From NCBI GenBank assembly GCA_964016885.1, contig OZ024746.1:58838001-58902000 (forward strand): DNA of 64,000 nucleotides, given 5' to 3'. The DNA comes from Eledone cirrhosa (taxonomy: Eukaryota). Of this stretch, positions 50,809-64,000 are shown piece after piece; position 1 is the stretch's first letter, and the number at the start of each line of letters is the position of its first letter. The notes below the pieces were generated by a model. That model worked only from the letters and a program-made list of their open reading frames with translations. It did no database searches and had not been told where the DNA came from. The position numbers and the translations under genes were made by a program.

Positions 50809-50945
50809 ATAGTTAGAGCGTTGCGCTATAATCCTGAGATTATGAGTTCGATTCTCGAAACGGGTTTTGCTTTGTGTTCTTCAACAAAACACTTTATTTC
50901 ACGTTGTTCCAGCTCACTCAGCTGTAGAAATGAGTTTAGCCAGCT
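50808..50945 (+). mobile_element. tRNA-derived CORE-like SINE (second family)
   Basis: B-box GAGTTCGATTCTC, then CAAAACACTTTATTTCAC...CAGCTGTAGAAATGAG. Confidence 0.65.
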
Positions 50946-51099
50946 ATGGGTTAAATAGCCTCACCAACCCACAATTGGCCAAGCGCCGTGAGTACGGCTA
51001 CACTCCTGACATGACCAAAACCAAAACAGAAAACGGTGGAGTGAAAGGGCACTGGATTGAATTGAATTGAATTGAATTTACTTAGTAAAGTAGTTATTG

Positions 51100-51310
51100 A
51101 CATGAAGTGAGATAAGGCAAACAATTTTGCGGGGAGTGGATTGTCGATTAATCGACCCCAGTCCTTTAGTTTTATTACTTCATTTTATTAACCCCGCAAG
51201 GGTTAAGGATGAAATGCAATGCTAATCACGATAGGATTTTGACTCAGAACGTAAAGAGCAGAAAGAAATGATGCTAAGGATTTGTCCGATGCTCTACCGA
51301 CTCGGCCAAT
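51100..51310 (-). mobile_element. Degenerate SINE
   Basis: GTCGATTAATCGACCCCAGT, AAGGATGAAATGCAA, GACTCAGAACGTAAAG. Confidence 0.7.
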
Positions 51311-51674
51311 GTACCAACATTCATAAAAATATCCATTCTACATATAAATATGTTGGAACGGAGGCATTCACGTGCATCAGTAAGTTTCCTGTTGACCAGA
51401 TAGCCATATAGTCATATTATGTTTCTATATAGAATTATTGTCAAGCAGCGTGCAATGATTGCACAATGCACATCGGGTGCATACTATGCACTGAATGCAC
51501 AATGCTATAAATTTAATGTAAGCATGTGGCTTTGCAATATTCGTTAACGGTTCTATTCGCGTTGCTTATTGTTGCAAAGATAAACGCCCGAATGCATATA
51601 TGCGTACGAGCTTGTATGCTGGTGTATATATATATGTGTATATACATATATATGTATGTATGTATATATATAAA

Positions 51675-51752
<78 letters not shown>

Positions 51753-51755
<3 letters not shown>

Positions 51756-51829
51756 GGGGTCCTAAAAAATGGATACACATTTCAGTTATCTGTCGTTGAA
51801 GTGTGTATACATTTTTTTGGTCACCCTGT
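51753..51829. mobile_element. Tiny Tc1/mariner-type MITE remnant
   Basis: Imperfect ~32-bp terminal inverted repeats of the CAGGGTGACCAAAAAAATGTATACAC type, ~11-bp spacer. Confidence 0.55.
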
Positions 51830-51883
51830 GCATCCCTATGAATTTGTAGTTATGCATGTATGCATATATGTGTAAACATGTAC

Positions 51884-51986
<103 letters not shown>

Positions 51987-52034
51987 AGTGTGTGTGGTTG
52001 TGTGTGTGTGTGTATAAACGATTGTATAGGAAGT

Positions 52035-52067
<33 letters not shown>

Positions 52068-52293
52068 GAATGGTTGCTTATATGGTGTGTGTACGTATGC
52101 GGGCTTGTGTGTATATGAGTATGAGCGAGAGAGTGAGAGAGAGAGAGTGTGTGTGTGTGTGTGTGTGTGTGTACGTGTATGCGTGTGTATTGGTGTGTAT
52201 ATGTGTGTGTGTGTGTGTGTTTACGTGTATGTGTGTGTATGGGTGTGTATATGTGTGTGTATGTGTGTGTACGTGTATGTGTGTGTATGGGTG

Positions 52294-52338
<45 letters not shown>

Positions 52339-53051
52339 ATAAAATTCTGGACATTGTAAAAGAACACTGCAAGTGATGCAGTGTTTACTGCTGAAAGGAA
52401 TTACTGAACATTGTCTGGTATTAATCCGCGATGACTAAAATCGACCAAAGAGAACACATTGCAAAATGCCACACACGCACATACACACATACACATACAC
52501 ACACACACACGCACACCCCCCCACACACACACATACATATGTACATACACACACACATACATACATACACACAGGCCCCCTGACACATGCGTATCTACAT
52601 ACACACATACAGGGAGACATATATTCTTCTGATGGAGTTGTGGGCATTTAAACCTGGTGGAGCCCATCCCTTCCAGTCCTGGAAACAACCGATATCTTCT
52701 AGAAAAATAGAAAGAGGGGCAGAGTAAAATTGAAATAAAAAATGGAGAGGAAGAATCGATCCTAGTGTTGAGCTTAGACTTTATTTGCCGTGATCGAATT
52801 AATAAAAGGCAAACTTTGACTTAGTTGTTTTGGATTGAGAGCGCTGGGAGAGGTACTGGAAAAATCCCCATCAGAATTTCAAACGAACCTGTCATTTTGG
52901 CTGATATAAATAAACACTTTTAGAGAGTTTAATCTTGTGAAAGGATGTTGTCGAAAGACAGTATAAAAAGGAATGGAACCGATTGTCAGACCGAACCAAA
53001 GAAATCACACTGCCTTTATTGTATTGTATCAGATGAAAGAATGGTATTTAA

Positions 53052-53200
53052 CTAATGTATTGCTACGCGATGGAGCCCACCCACAGCCCCGGCGGACAGA
53101 ATGAAGAAGGCGTTTCCCCGGAGGACGGCAAGGGAGACGCGCTGGAAAAGCCACTCCAACTCGCGGGGCTCACACCTACGGCTGGCCAGCTCCTGTTTCC
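53052..53200 (-). pseudogene. 3' end of a CRE-like RLE LINE ORF
   Basis: Manual translation ELASRRCEPRELEWLFQRVSLAVLRGNAFFIL...*; locally GC-rich; not in the ORF track. Confidence 0.7.
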
Positions 53201-53277
53201 ATTGTTTTTTTTCCATTGTTGATACTATCAGAATGTCGTAACTTTTGACACTAAAGAGTACAATTCAAATATATATC

Positions 53278-53312
<35 letters not shown>

Positions 53313-53326
53313 ATGCATACATACAT

Positions 53327-53403
<77 letters not shown>

Positions 53404-54888
53404 CGTATATATATATATATAATATATACTCATGTATATATATATATATTTGATATATATATATATATGAGCGTATGTATGTGTGTGTGTGTTTGTGTGT
53501 GTGTACGTACATACGAATGTCTTTGAGCGTGTGAGTATATGTGTATTATTAAAATAGATTGGTAGATTTCAGAGAGAGAGAAGGGTAGTAGAAAGAACGA
53601 ATCATAAAATGCGGATGAGATAGTGAAGAGGTTACTGAACAAGTGAATGTGATAAAGAAAATGTTCGATCAGTGTTGGACGTAGATGTAATTCAATATTG
53701 ATGAATATATAAATAGATAGACATTTTTCTAATTACAACAAGGTTTATGACGATAGTATATGAGATGAGGGGTGGTTTTGTGAAGGTAATTATCTAAACA
53801 CAAGATTTTTCGGCTAGATTTTCACTTGTATCTTCCATATATATACTGATATAAAGAGTTGTATATTGGTACTGTATAAATACTTATTTATTGGCACTGG
53901 TTTTCATATTGACCAAATATACTCACCGCACTGGAAGTAAATTGTAACATTTCTGCTTCTATAATTCCATACGTATGTATGCATATATGTATGTATATAT
54001 CTATGTATGTATGTACGTATGCATATATGTGTGTATATATGTATGTACAAATGCATGTATGTATTTATGTATGTATTTATATATGTTCTCTCTCTTAATT
54101 TTGCGTTTATTTTTGAACGGCTATCTTCCCGGTGGCGATGTTGTTAAAAAAGGAAATTGGTGTCGTCTCTTGTGTAATCTTTCATCTTTTGAATCGTAAA
54201 AATGTTTTACAGATTCTTTATGTGCCAAATACCGCTTTGCAAAATTTGTAGCTAATGAATTCAGGAGCTACGTTCTATCCTCATGTCCCGTTACACTTTA
54301 GTCCAGTTAGATTGGTATATAAGCTGTAGCTCCAAAAATAATGCGTATGAAGCTGAACACCTATTTTGGATACTGTATATTGTATCTATTCGCGGAGATG
54401 TCTAAGTATTAGAGACAAATAACCTTTTCATTAATATTAACAACTACAATCATTGTAGGGATGATTTAGACGTTTTTTGGGGCTGCTATTTCTAGCTTCA
54501 TTATAACACCTCACATTATCCTAATATATATAGAGAGATTTGTTTATTTAGTAGTTCAACAAAGCAACTTGTTGGACAGTACGGGGTTTCGACAACCAAA
54601 TGGAATGCATATTTCATGATCAATACTCCTCTTTTTACAAAGAATACTTCCCTGACGAAAAAACAAATTTTTACAGTATTGGTTATTCCAAAGAATAGAA
54701 ATGCTTCTTCCGTTCTAGAAACCGTGGCAGGGAGCCATTTATATTAGTGAGAGTCCCTTATTTGAGTCTGTCTGACTTCTACTCCTCTGAATAGATTTTT
54801 AATTTGGCATAAGTTGTATATATAATAGTAGAACACTGGAGGGTTATATCCGTAGTAGTAGAGCACGCAGTCCATGGGACGAGTTTGC

Positions 54889-55003
54889 TAGAAGTAGTTC
54901 CACAACAGTTAGTTCACCACACCGAGAAAAAATGTTTCACCTTAAGATAAGCTGAAATATTTGTTCTCGGTATGGTGAACTAACTGTTGTGGAACTACTT
55001 CTA
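54889..55003. repeat. ~50-bp inverted repeat ending in a TA tract; single-arm homolog at 42916-42970
   Basis: TAGAAGTAGTTCCACAACAGTTAGTTCACCA... and its reverse complement. Confidence 0.85.
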
Positions 55004-55089
55004 TATATATATATATATATATAAAGTGACAATAAGAATTGCAACTTTTTGTAAATTTTATTGCATATATACACATATATATATATATC

Positions 55090-55122
<33 letters not shown>

Positions 55123-55790
55123 ATAACTGCCACTTCTTTACATAGAAGGCCATCTCTTCAACGAATTCCCTGCTATTATGCTATTATAAACCACTGCCAA
55201 CGGCAAAAAGCTGGCAAGTTTGATAACTGAACCGGCTTTAGGTCACCTTTTCTAAACTCTTCCTATATCGTGAGAGGTGCTTCGTAAAAAAGCGCAGCTC
55301 AGACGTTCAAGACTCAGCCGAAGAATGCTGTTGTTCGGGTTAACAGTGTAGCGACGTTAGAGAAAGACTCGAGCGGCCCTCGCTACCCACATAGTACCCA
55401 CTCCAGCTATGTGTCCAGTGTCAAGTCAAGGCAAGATAACAAAACCGTTAGGAGGATGGCATGTGTCATTGTCATGGAGTTTAACCTCTCCACTGGTGCA
55501 ACCGTACTCACGACGCTTGGATAATTGCAGGTTTAGGTGGATGGCACCTGACTTTGTGGAGTTCATCTGCGTTTGAGAGCTCTTGCTTTTGTGCTGCTGG
55601 GTTTCCAATTATCCTCATCGCCAGACGAAGGTGTGTGATGAGCTACATGGTACCAGTAGTAGACAGTAACCTGACCTGACACAATATATGTATTAGTTCT
55701 AATTATGTATTTTGGAGAAGAATTTAATCAGGATACTAACATACCCGCCTGTCTATCGATCTGTCTAGATATCTAGACACATACCTAGCT

Positions 55791-55861
<71 letters not shown>

Positions 55862-56153
55862 GCTCTCGCTCTCTCTCTGTCTCTCTCTCTCTCTCTATCT
55901 ATCTCTCTCTCTCTTTATATATATAAGTATGTATACGTACATACATATATGTATACAGACGTATAGTAGTTTGTATATATATATACATACATGCACACAT
56001 ATATATATATGTACGTATGGATTCACCCAACATTTATTATAATGCTCGGTACTACTGTACGTCTGTATACATATATGTATGTACGTATACATACTTATAT
56101 TTAAGTAACAGCCGTACTAGGAGTGGGAAATGAAATTTCATTTCATTTAGTCC

Positions 56154-56238
<85 letters not shown>

Positions 56239-56239
<1 letters not shown>

Positions 56240-56332
56240 GTTATTCCGGGTTGAATCAGAGGTAACCACAGATTCCTGATGATTTCTAATGAATGAAACA
56301 GTTCTAGTCCTGTAGAATCTCATCTATATTAA

Positions 56333-56335
<3 letters not shown>
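56239..56335. mobile_element. Minimal family D insertion (terminal ~32 nt plus inverted arm) with intact hammerhead 56270-56320 (+)
   Basis: CGTTATTCCGGGTTGAATCAGAGGTAACCAC joined to AGATTC-CTGATGA...CTGT-A-GAATCT; (TA)n on both sides. Confidence 0.85.
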
Positions 56336-56391
<56 letters not shown>

Positions 56392-56841
56392 ACAAATAGT
56401 GTGTGTGGGTACACATGTATGTATATGTATGTATATAGATACACACACAACTGTCTATTTAACTTTACATATTATTGTATTGTGTATTTCTGTGTCTGTG
56501 AATATATATTTTCCTATTTATCTATCTAGCTCTATATTTTTCTGACTATTAATCAATTAATATAACCTGTGTGTGTATCCATCGATAGTAATATAATGTA
56601 CAGCCATATTTAGTGCGAATACTAACCGGAAGTTTACAGCATGGCTGACAGTTAGTAGCCAGACGTGACTTGCACGAACAATGATGATGGAGGCAGTAAA
56701 GATATTGCCATCCACTTTTGAAATATGGTCCACAGCTTTTAAACGTCACATTTAATCAGTGTCAACTTTAATAGCTGTAATACCACCATCATCGCCACCA
56801 GCAACAGCATCAGCAACAGCAGCAGCAGCAGTAGCAGCAGC

Positions 56842-56872
<31 letters not shown>

Positions 56873-56873
56873 A

Positions 56874-56911
<38 letters not shown>

Positions 56912-56914
56912 CTG

Positions 56915-57120
56915 CTTTCTGATTTTTGGCACAAGGCCAGCAATTTTTGGGGGAGGGGAAAATCGATTAGATCGACTCCACGGCGTGACAGGTACTTTAT
57001 TTTATCGACTCCGTAAGGATGAAAGGCAAAGCTAAACTCAGTGGGATTTGAACTCAGATTGTAAAGGGTCATAACTCTATGCCACGATACAGGGTCTACC
57101 GTTTCTACCAATTACCTGCC
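56915..57120 (-). mobile_element. tRNA-derived SINE
   Basis: Core and B-box complement. Confidence 0.82.
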
Positions 57121-57129
57121 TAATAATTA

Positions 57130-57460
57130 TTTCTTTATTGGCGACAAGGGCCAACATATAGGGGACAATACAATAGACAGTGACAGTGTAAACAACATAA
57201 AACAAAAACATTGAACAATGAAATTACAACAATATAAATTCCCCAATAGGGGAAAGGACCGGCCCGGGACAATTCAGGTAACCTCCCCAATCCTGAATCA
57301 ACCGACGCTTCGAGAGCACCTGAGGAGTGCACCCCTCTCCTCTACAAATCAGACAGCCTATAGGCGCATGCTCAGAATAGGCCCATGCTACATTCACTCA
57401 CCATTTAGAAAATGTATTGGAGGGCAGCACTTCCCTCTCCACCTTCACCTCTAGAGAAAA
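57130..57460 (-). mobile_element. 3' fragment of a Tx1-like LINE
   Basis: Minus strand encodes VKVEREVLPSNTFSKW...GPILSMRL* (compare A: IRMEREVLYPSKFYERW...GPSLYISL*) and ends GTCGCCAATAAAGAAA. Confidence 0.7.
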
Positions 57461-58075
57461 GTATCGACACCATCATGGTGAAGTCGTCCGCATATATCAA
57501 CACAGCCACTCCACATCCATGTTCGAGCGGTATGCCCTACCCTCCAGCCTCGCCCTCCCCAAACAGTCGAAGCCTTGTCTTCCAGCTCCCGCTGGGGCAT
57601 AAAGAGATGCTAATCTTTAACCACCCATATCTCCGTCATTGCAGCATTCATCCAGGACAACCGATTTACATTTCATGTCTAGTAAAAGCGTCCAGACTTC
57701 TGGATTCAAGCCTTTCTGAAAGATCGTTAGCAGAACACACGAAGTGACCACAATAAAACATGGTTTGTAATTGTTCAGGAATTGAACCAGTGAGTGATTC
57801 TATTAGCTACCATATCCAAACATACTTACCTGATATAAATTAGCCAGTGTCTCTGCTTTCACCTCGACCTCAAGGCATCTACATCTATGCGACATAGTTT
57901 GAATTCGGCCATTTAAGGCGGCGAGGAAGAAACAAAAAGAAAATGTGAGTACATATATATCGTAGAAATATCCATGACCCCCAGCAGACAACTGATGAAG
58001 AAAAATTTTCTCCCGTTCATGCTTTCCTCTTATTTATAGGTACACCTTATCCAGCAACTACATTCCCTGTTTCTT

Positions 58076-58182
<107 letters not shown>

Positions 58183-58834
58183 CACATATATACACATGGT
58201 ATCATATCTCTGTTTTTAGCCTAAGAAAATTTCTATATGCGTGTATAATTAATACATGCATACATTTATTTTTTTAAAATCTAATTGAGTTCTTAACACG
58301 CAGGGTAAAAATTGTTGAAAAAATTAATTGACCCACGTGTAAATTATTTTACTTTCTTGTGTTTCACGATTGCCTCCATTTTCCGCTTCGTGACGCTGTG
58401 AAATTCCTCATTCTGAGACTGCTGGAATTTCAAATTTGGCGGTCATTATGATGCGAGAAGGGACAATTGCTGACACGAAAACTGACATCGGTAAGAGATT
58501 TTTTCTTACATCAATGTTTGACGAGCATCCACTGATGATTTATAAGTGCCCACCTGCATATGTTCTTACAGAAAAATGTGCAGGCTTCTACATAACCCGG
58601 ACACATTCTCCCAACTTGTAGAAAACTTATAATGAAACAATTGTTTGGAAAGGGAGATATATTTTAATTTTAATTATATCTCATATAAAATAATACTACT
58701 GGCTTTCCGCAAAATACATATAGTTAGCACCCCAAACATAAAATTGGGATTATTCTAAGGTATATTCTAATGTTTGTTGTTTGAGATGGTAGCCTGTCAG
58801 AGTATAGCTTAAGGCTTTCTCTGTTAATGTATTG

Positions 58835-58949
<115 letters not shown>

Positions 58950-59082
58950 ATATATATATATATATATACACATATATATATATATATATATTTATAGTGA
59001 TAATAATAAATTTGAAGTCTAAAATCCAAAGAGGGCTCGATAAGGATAAATATATATCAAATATATAAGAACCGTACAGCAA

Positions 59083-59263
59083 ATATTTATTAAAATAACA
59101 GACTAAAGTTTAAGCAAAGAATCGCTGCTTTAACCCTTAACGGGAACTTCTGAAACTAACAAAGTCAATCTGTGAACGCAGAAGTAAATATTTCAAAAAA
59201 CGTTGCAACCGGAGGAAGACAGCGATTCTTTGCTTAAACTATAATCTGTTATTTTAATAAATA
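59083..59263. repeat. 45-bp inverted repeat ending in a TA tract
   Basis: 59083-59127 versus 59220-59263. Confidence 0.85.
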
Positions 59264-59277
59264 TATATATATATATA

Positions 59278-59448
59278 GAAGAAGAAGAAGAAGAAGAAGA
59301 AGAAGAAGAAGAAGAAGAAGAAGAAGAAGAAGAAGAAGAAGAAGAAGAAGAAGAAGAAGAAGAAGAAGAAGAAGAAGAAGAAGAAGAAGAAGAAGAAGAA
59401 GAAGAAGAAGAAGAAGAAGAAGAAGAAGAAGAAGAAGAAGAAGAAGAA
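59278..59448. repeat. (GAA)n microsatellite
   Basis: Direct reading. Confidence 0.98.
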
Positions 59449-59642
59449 GGGAATGTAGTTCCTGGATAAGGTGTACCTATAAATAAGAGGAAAGCATAAA
59501 CGGGAGAAAATTTTCCTTCATCAGTTGTCTGCTGGGAGTCAGTGATATATATACGCATATATATATACTCACATTTTCTTTTTGTTTCTTCTCCGTATCC
59601 TTACTTAAATGGCCGAACTCAGAATATATATATATATATATA

Positions 59643-59795
59643 TAACGAAGGAGTTGTGGTAAGGAACCAGATGGACCATAACGCAGCAGAGTACTGAATA
59701 CTTAGGGTAGTAGAGTGGGTAATAGGAGAAAGTATTACGCCGACGGCAGAGCTCAAGCCGTTTCGACGGCTATTTCTGGACTAAAGTAAGATTTG
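59643..59795 (-). mobile_element. 3' end of the PLE family seen at 1-86 (3' half of hammerhead); inverted homolog at 43025-43107
   Basis: GAGCTCAAGCCGTTTCGACGGCTA.TTCTGGACTAAA shared with positions 4-40. Confidence 0.75.
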
Positions 59796-59844
59796 TTTTA
59801 GTCTCAAATTTTTTAGACTAAAAAAACTCTTACTTTCGTCAAAT

Positions 59845-60065
59845 GTTTCACTGCCGATCAGCTCGTGGAACGATCGAATTATGTTCATCATTGCTGATTG
59901 ACTCACGAATCGGAAGCTCCTCAGATTTGTGTTGTCACATGTAGACTCAGAAACAGCCTAGCAGACGACACAGTACAGTGAAGTAATATATTATTTTAAT
60001 GCTTGATACATTATAGTACGAAAAGCGACTTTACGTTTCGGAAAATAATTCTTTATCAAAAGATA
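59845..60065 (-). mobile_element. Decayed pLTR-like repeat with U3-A8 hammerhead remnant (60029-60062); inverted partner at 61610-61830
   Basis: CTT-TTGATAA...GAA-ACGT-A-AAG; ~220-bp reverse-complement homology. Confidence 0.65.
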
Positions 60066-60441
60066 GTATAAAAAATCAGGCTGGATAGGATTTTAAGGGA
60101 ACACCACAGATTGTCAACGCATTCTGTGGACTGGGGCAACGTGAAATCAATTGTATTGCTAAATGTTACAATGAATCGTCAGTACTCGAAATCATGACCT
60201 TACATTTGTGAGCAGAACACCTTAACCACGAAGACAGCTACTTCTACTACAGTGGAAATACACAACCATGATTATCAACACTCAACCGTTGGCTTCTATC
60301 AAGTTCTGCAACTTCCTGCAGCAGATACGTTTATCGTATATTCACTTATAACTATATAAACTATATAATGTATATATCTTCTAAAAAGCCTTCAGGATGA
60401 AATGTGTTGTTTTTGTTTCTCCCCATTTCGCTCTCTCTTTT

Positions 60442-60495
<54 letters not shown>

Positions 60496-60496
60496 G

Positions 60497-60546
<50 letters not shown>

Positions 60547-60780
60547 CTCGCTCTTTCTCTCTCTCTCTCTCTTAAACTTTCTCTCTCTGTATCTTTCTTT
60601 CTTTCTTTCTTTCTTTCTCTCTCTTCCTCTCCCACGGTTATACACAAAAGAACATATAATTTCTACTCGAGAGCAGGGCATAACTAACTCACAATTGTTT
60701 AATGCAGGCTCAGTGATAAAATATTGTTATTTAGAAGAAGCAAAATACATGCAGAAAAAGGATTAAAACTAATAATGTTG

Positions 60781-60811
<31 letters not shown>

Positions 60812-60844
60812 CGTGTCTGTGTGTGTGTGTGTGCGTGTCTGTGT

Positions 60845-60901
<57 letters not shown>

Positions 60902-61057
60902 GTGTATGTGTATTTCTTTGTAAGTCTATCACGCTATTAATGTTAAAAGAAAATCAAAAAGAAGGTTTTGGTTAGGATTTCCTTAATAGCATTTCTAGTG
61001 TTAACTCCCTTGGGTAACAATAAATATATACACACAACATGGTTGTATCACCTTAGG

Positions 61058-61136
<79 letters not shown>

Positions 61137-61169
61137 GATGTATACTTAAATGTATACACATATCTATAA

Positions 61170-61227
<58 letters not shown>

Positions 61228-61894
61228 GTATGTTGGTGTAGCAATATAGGAGCAGAGGGAGTATAAATGTCCATGGGAAATACATATAATGCGCTTTCTT
61301 TAGTCAGTTATTTTCCTCTAAAGCATTTCTACGAAGATTTGTGACGGGTGACGAATATGTTTGAGGCATCGAATAACTTATAGCATGTGATATTTAGATA
61401 AGTGTGTAAATAATAGTTAGTTTCGAAAGAGTGATCGTTTGTATGAATTTAACTACAGGTATATCTATATTAATACACATTTAGGCATACATATGTACAT
61501 ATGCGAACGAATGTATGCGGACTAAACACACATATGATGTCTTCCCAACGAAAAATGTCTCCTTTCCTTCCTTTTATAACTCTATACCTATCTATTTCAG
61601 CTATATTTCTCATATCTTTCGATAAAAAACTAATTTCCGAAACGTAATGTCGCTTTTCCTACTATAAAATACCAAGCGTTAAAATAATATATTACTCCAT
61701 TGTACTGTGTTGTCTGCTAGGCTCTTTCTGAGTCTACATGTGAGAACACATATATGAGGAGCTTCCGATTCCAAAGTTAGAAACGAACATAATTCGATCG
61801 TTCCTCGAGTTGATCGGTAGAAAAACATATGTAATACCTCATTAAATATGTATATGATGCAATACCGATTCTTTGTTCCCTATTTATATATAAA

Positions 61895-61981
<87 letters not shown>

Positions 61982-62209
61982 CGTGTATACATACATGTTT
62001 ATATGCAGTTTTATATTATTCTTAGAATTACAAAAGTAGAGGCTCCATTCAGTTGTAGAAAGTGCCACTAATATCCGATATTTCTCGTGATATTCTGCAA
62101 TTTTATAGACGTCATCTGCTGCTTATATTCTCGTTAAATTTCTTCTATATTCACTGATGATACGCATATGTTGTTTTGTATATGCAAGCATGAGAGTATA
62201 CAAGTATAC

Positions 62210-62251
<42 letters not shown>

Positions 62252-62323
62252 GTTTACGTCAGTCTATATGTACTTCTCTTATGCATACTACACATACATT
62301 ATATTTATATATATACACACGCA

Positions 62324-62460
<137 letters not shown>

Positions 62461-62518
62461 CTATGTATATATATACATACATATATATATAAATGTGAAT
62501 AATATATATACATTTATA

Positions 62519-62556
<38 letters not shown>

Positions 62557-62816
62557 GTACAATGTATAATGTATAATATATATATTTATATATGTATATA
62601 TATATATAAGGGGGGGGGTATTATGAATATCAATAAAATGCGAATTACGTTGAAAACATCTGAAAGATATCGGGGATATTTTTTCCCCTATTTACTATCA
62701 TATCAATATTAGAGAATCAAAACATCCAGATAGGTTTTGTTTTCATGGTTCAACACGCTAATTATTTGATTAGTTGATTAATGTAATTAACTATATACTT
62801 CTGACTAACACACGCG

Positions 62817-62880
<64 letters not shown>

Positions 62881-63164
62881 TACATATATATATATATATA
62901 TATATGTATTTACATGTATGCATATATATATTTATATATACATATATATATATATGTATATGTAAACATATATATATATATATATACATGTATACTTATA
63001 TGTATATATATATATACATATATATATATATGAATCTATCTATGTATCTATAAATATATATATATATATAAATATATATTATGTATATATATTTACATAT
63101 ATATATATATATGTAAATATATATATAATATATATTTATATATATATATATTTATATATACATA

Positions 63165-63196
<32 letters not shown>

Positions 63197-63236
63197 CAAT
63201 ATATATATATAAATATATGATATATATATATATATA

Positions 63237-63437
63237 AGTTTAATATAGATGAGATTCTACAGGACTAGAACTGTTTCATTCTTTAGAAATCATCAGGAAT
63301 CTCTGAATTCCTGATGATTTCTAAAGAATGAAACAGTTCTAGTCCTGTAGAATCTCATCTATATTAAAACTGTTATACTCTCCTATGTATTGAGTACCTT
63401 ACTTACGGTGGTTACCTCCGATTTAACCCGGAATAAC
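63237..63437. mobile_element. Family D fold-back insertion with two back-to-back hammerheads (63252-63302 minus, 63306-63355 plus)
   Basis: Near-perfect palindrome centred at ~63304; right arm carries an extra ~65-nt tail; TA on both flanks. Confidence 0.88.
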
Positions 63438-64000
63438 TTACCTATATATATATGTGTGTGTGTGTATATACAACATCTGGATATGTTAATATTAGATAAA
63501 CACAAACGAAGAACAATACACCCAAAGAACAAGTGCATCCGAGACTTTATAATGACGTAGAATACAAATCTGTACACACATACATATGAAGTCTAGCCAA
63601 ACAGACATTTTACAATGAACTAAATTCTCCCGTATTTGGAATATCTATTATTTAATCACAGATCTGCTCAATTCAGGGTGACCTGGGGTTAAAAGAACGG
63701 CTATTTTTCATAAACTTTTATTTTGATGTTGTCGACTATTTCCCACTACTTGGAAAGAAAGGAGACCAGAACAAACTTTACTCATACCAAAAGAGACAAA
63801 GAAAACGACATCAACTCTACCTTCATTATCGCCACAGTTACCACAGACTCAACCATCATTACAAACAATATATCCAATTCACACTCAAAACAGCAACAAC
63901 TACAACAGATCCGGCAACCCGACCAAAGGTATTCCCAACAATAGAAAACTATCACAAACTACATGGCCTCAAACAAATAGTAAAACATTAATGAACTACA

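Noticed and set aside
55590-55650. Possible HDV-like ribozyme on the minus strand (CTCATC...CCTTCGTCTGGC GATGAG)
   Set aside because: Only a P1-like pairing is visible; P2, P3 and J4/2 could not be assigned by eye
57822-57832. ATACTTACCTG, identical to the U1 snRNA 5' end
   Set aside because: The match stops at 11 nt; better explained as a minus-strand splice donor consensus or chance
57985-58020. CTGATGA followed by AGAAAA, as a hammerhead
   Set aside because: No stem II/GAAA/stem III arrangement and no stem I partner
63723-64000. A/C-rich ORF at the window end
   Set aside because: Low-complexity and truncated, with no identifiable domain

Overview
AT-rich, microsatellite-dense animal genomic DNA (cephalopod/octopus-like by repeat content; inference). 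No host protein-coding gene could be identified with confidence; the window is almost entirely retroelement-derived. (1) Two near-full-length, degenerate Tx1-clade LINEs (2361-8162 and 8271-13757, minus strand) lie head-to-tail in a (TATC)n microsatellite, with a third 3' stub; the whole 12-kb block is bracketed by (GA)n tracts and a 7-bp direct repeat. (2) Many Penelope-like element (PLE) remnants, some with GIY-YIG or RT fragments, sit mostly in (TA)n tracts, often as asymmetric inverted (fold-back) pairs. Reading by eye, they carry about 20 type I hammerhead ribozyme motifs from about 9 sequence families. These include U3-A8 compensated cores, 10.1/11.1 mismatches and very short palindromic stem III forms that should need dimerisation, plus one 320-bp retrozyme-like unit. 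(3) Other content: R4/Dong-like, CRE-like and other LINE fragments, more than 15 tRNA-derived SINEs, a U2 snRNA 5' fragment and a tiny MITE. All structures were paired by eye; no folding or database searches were run.
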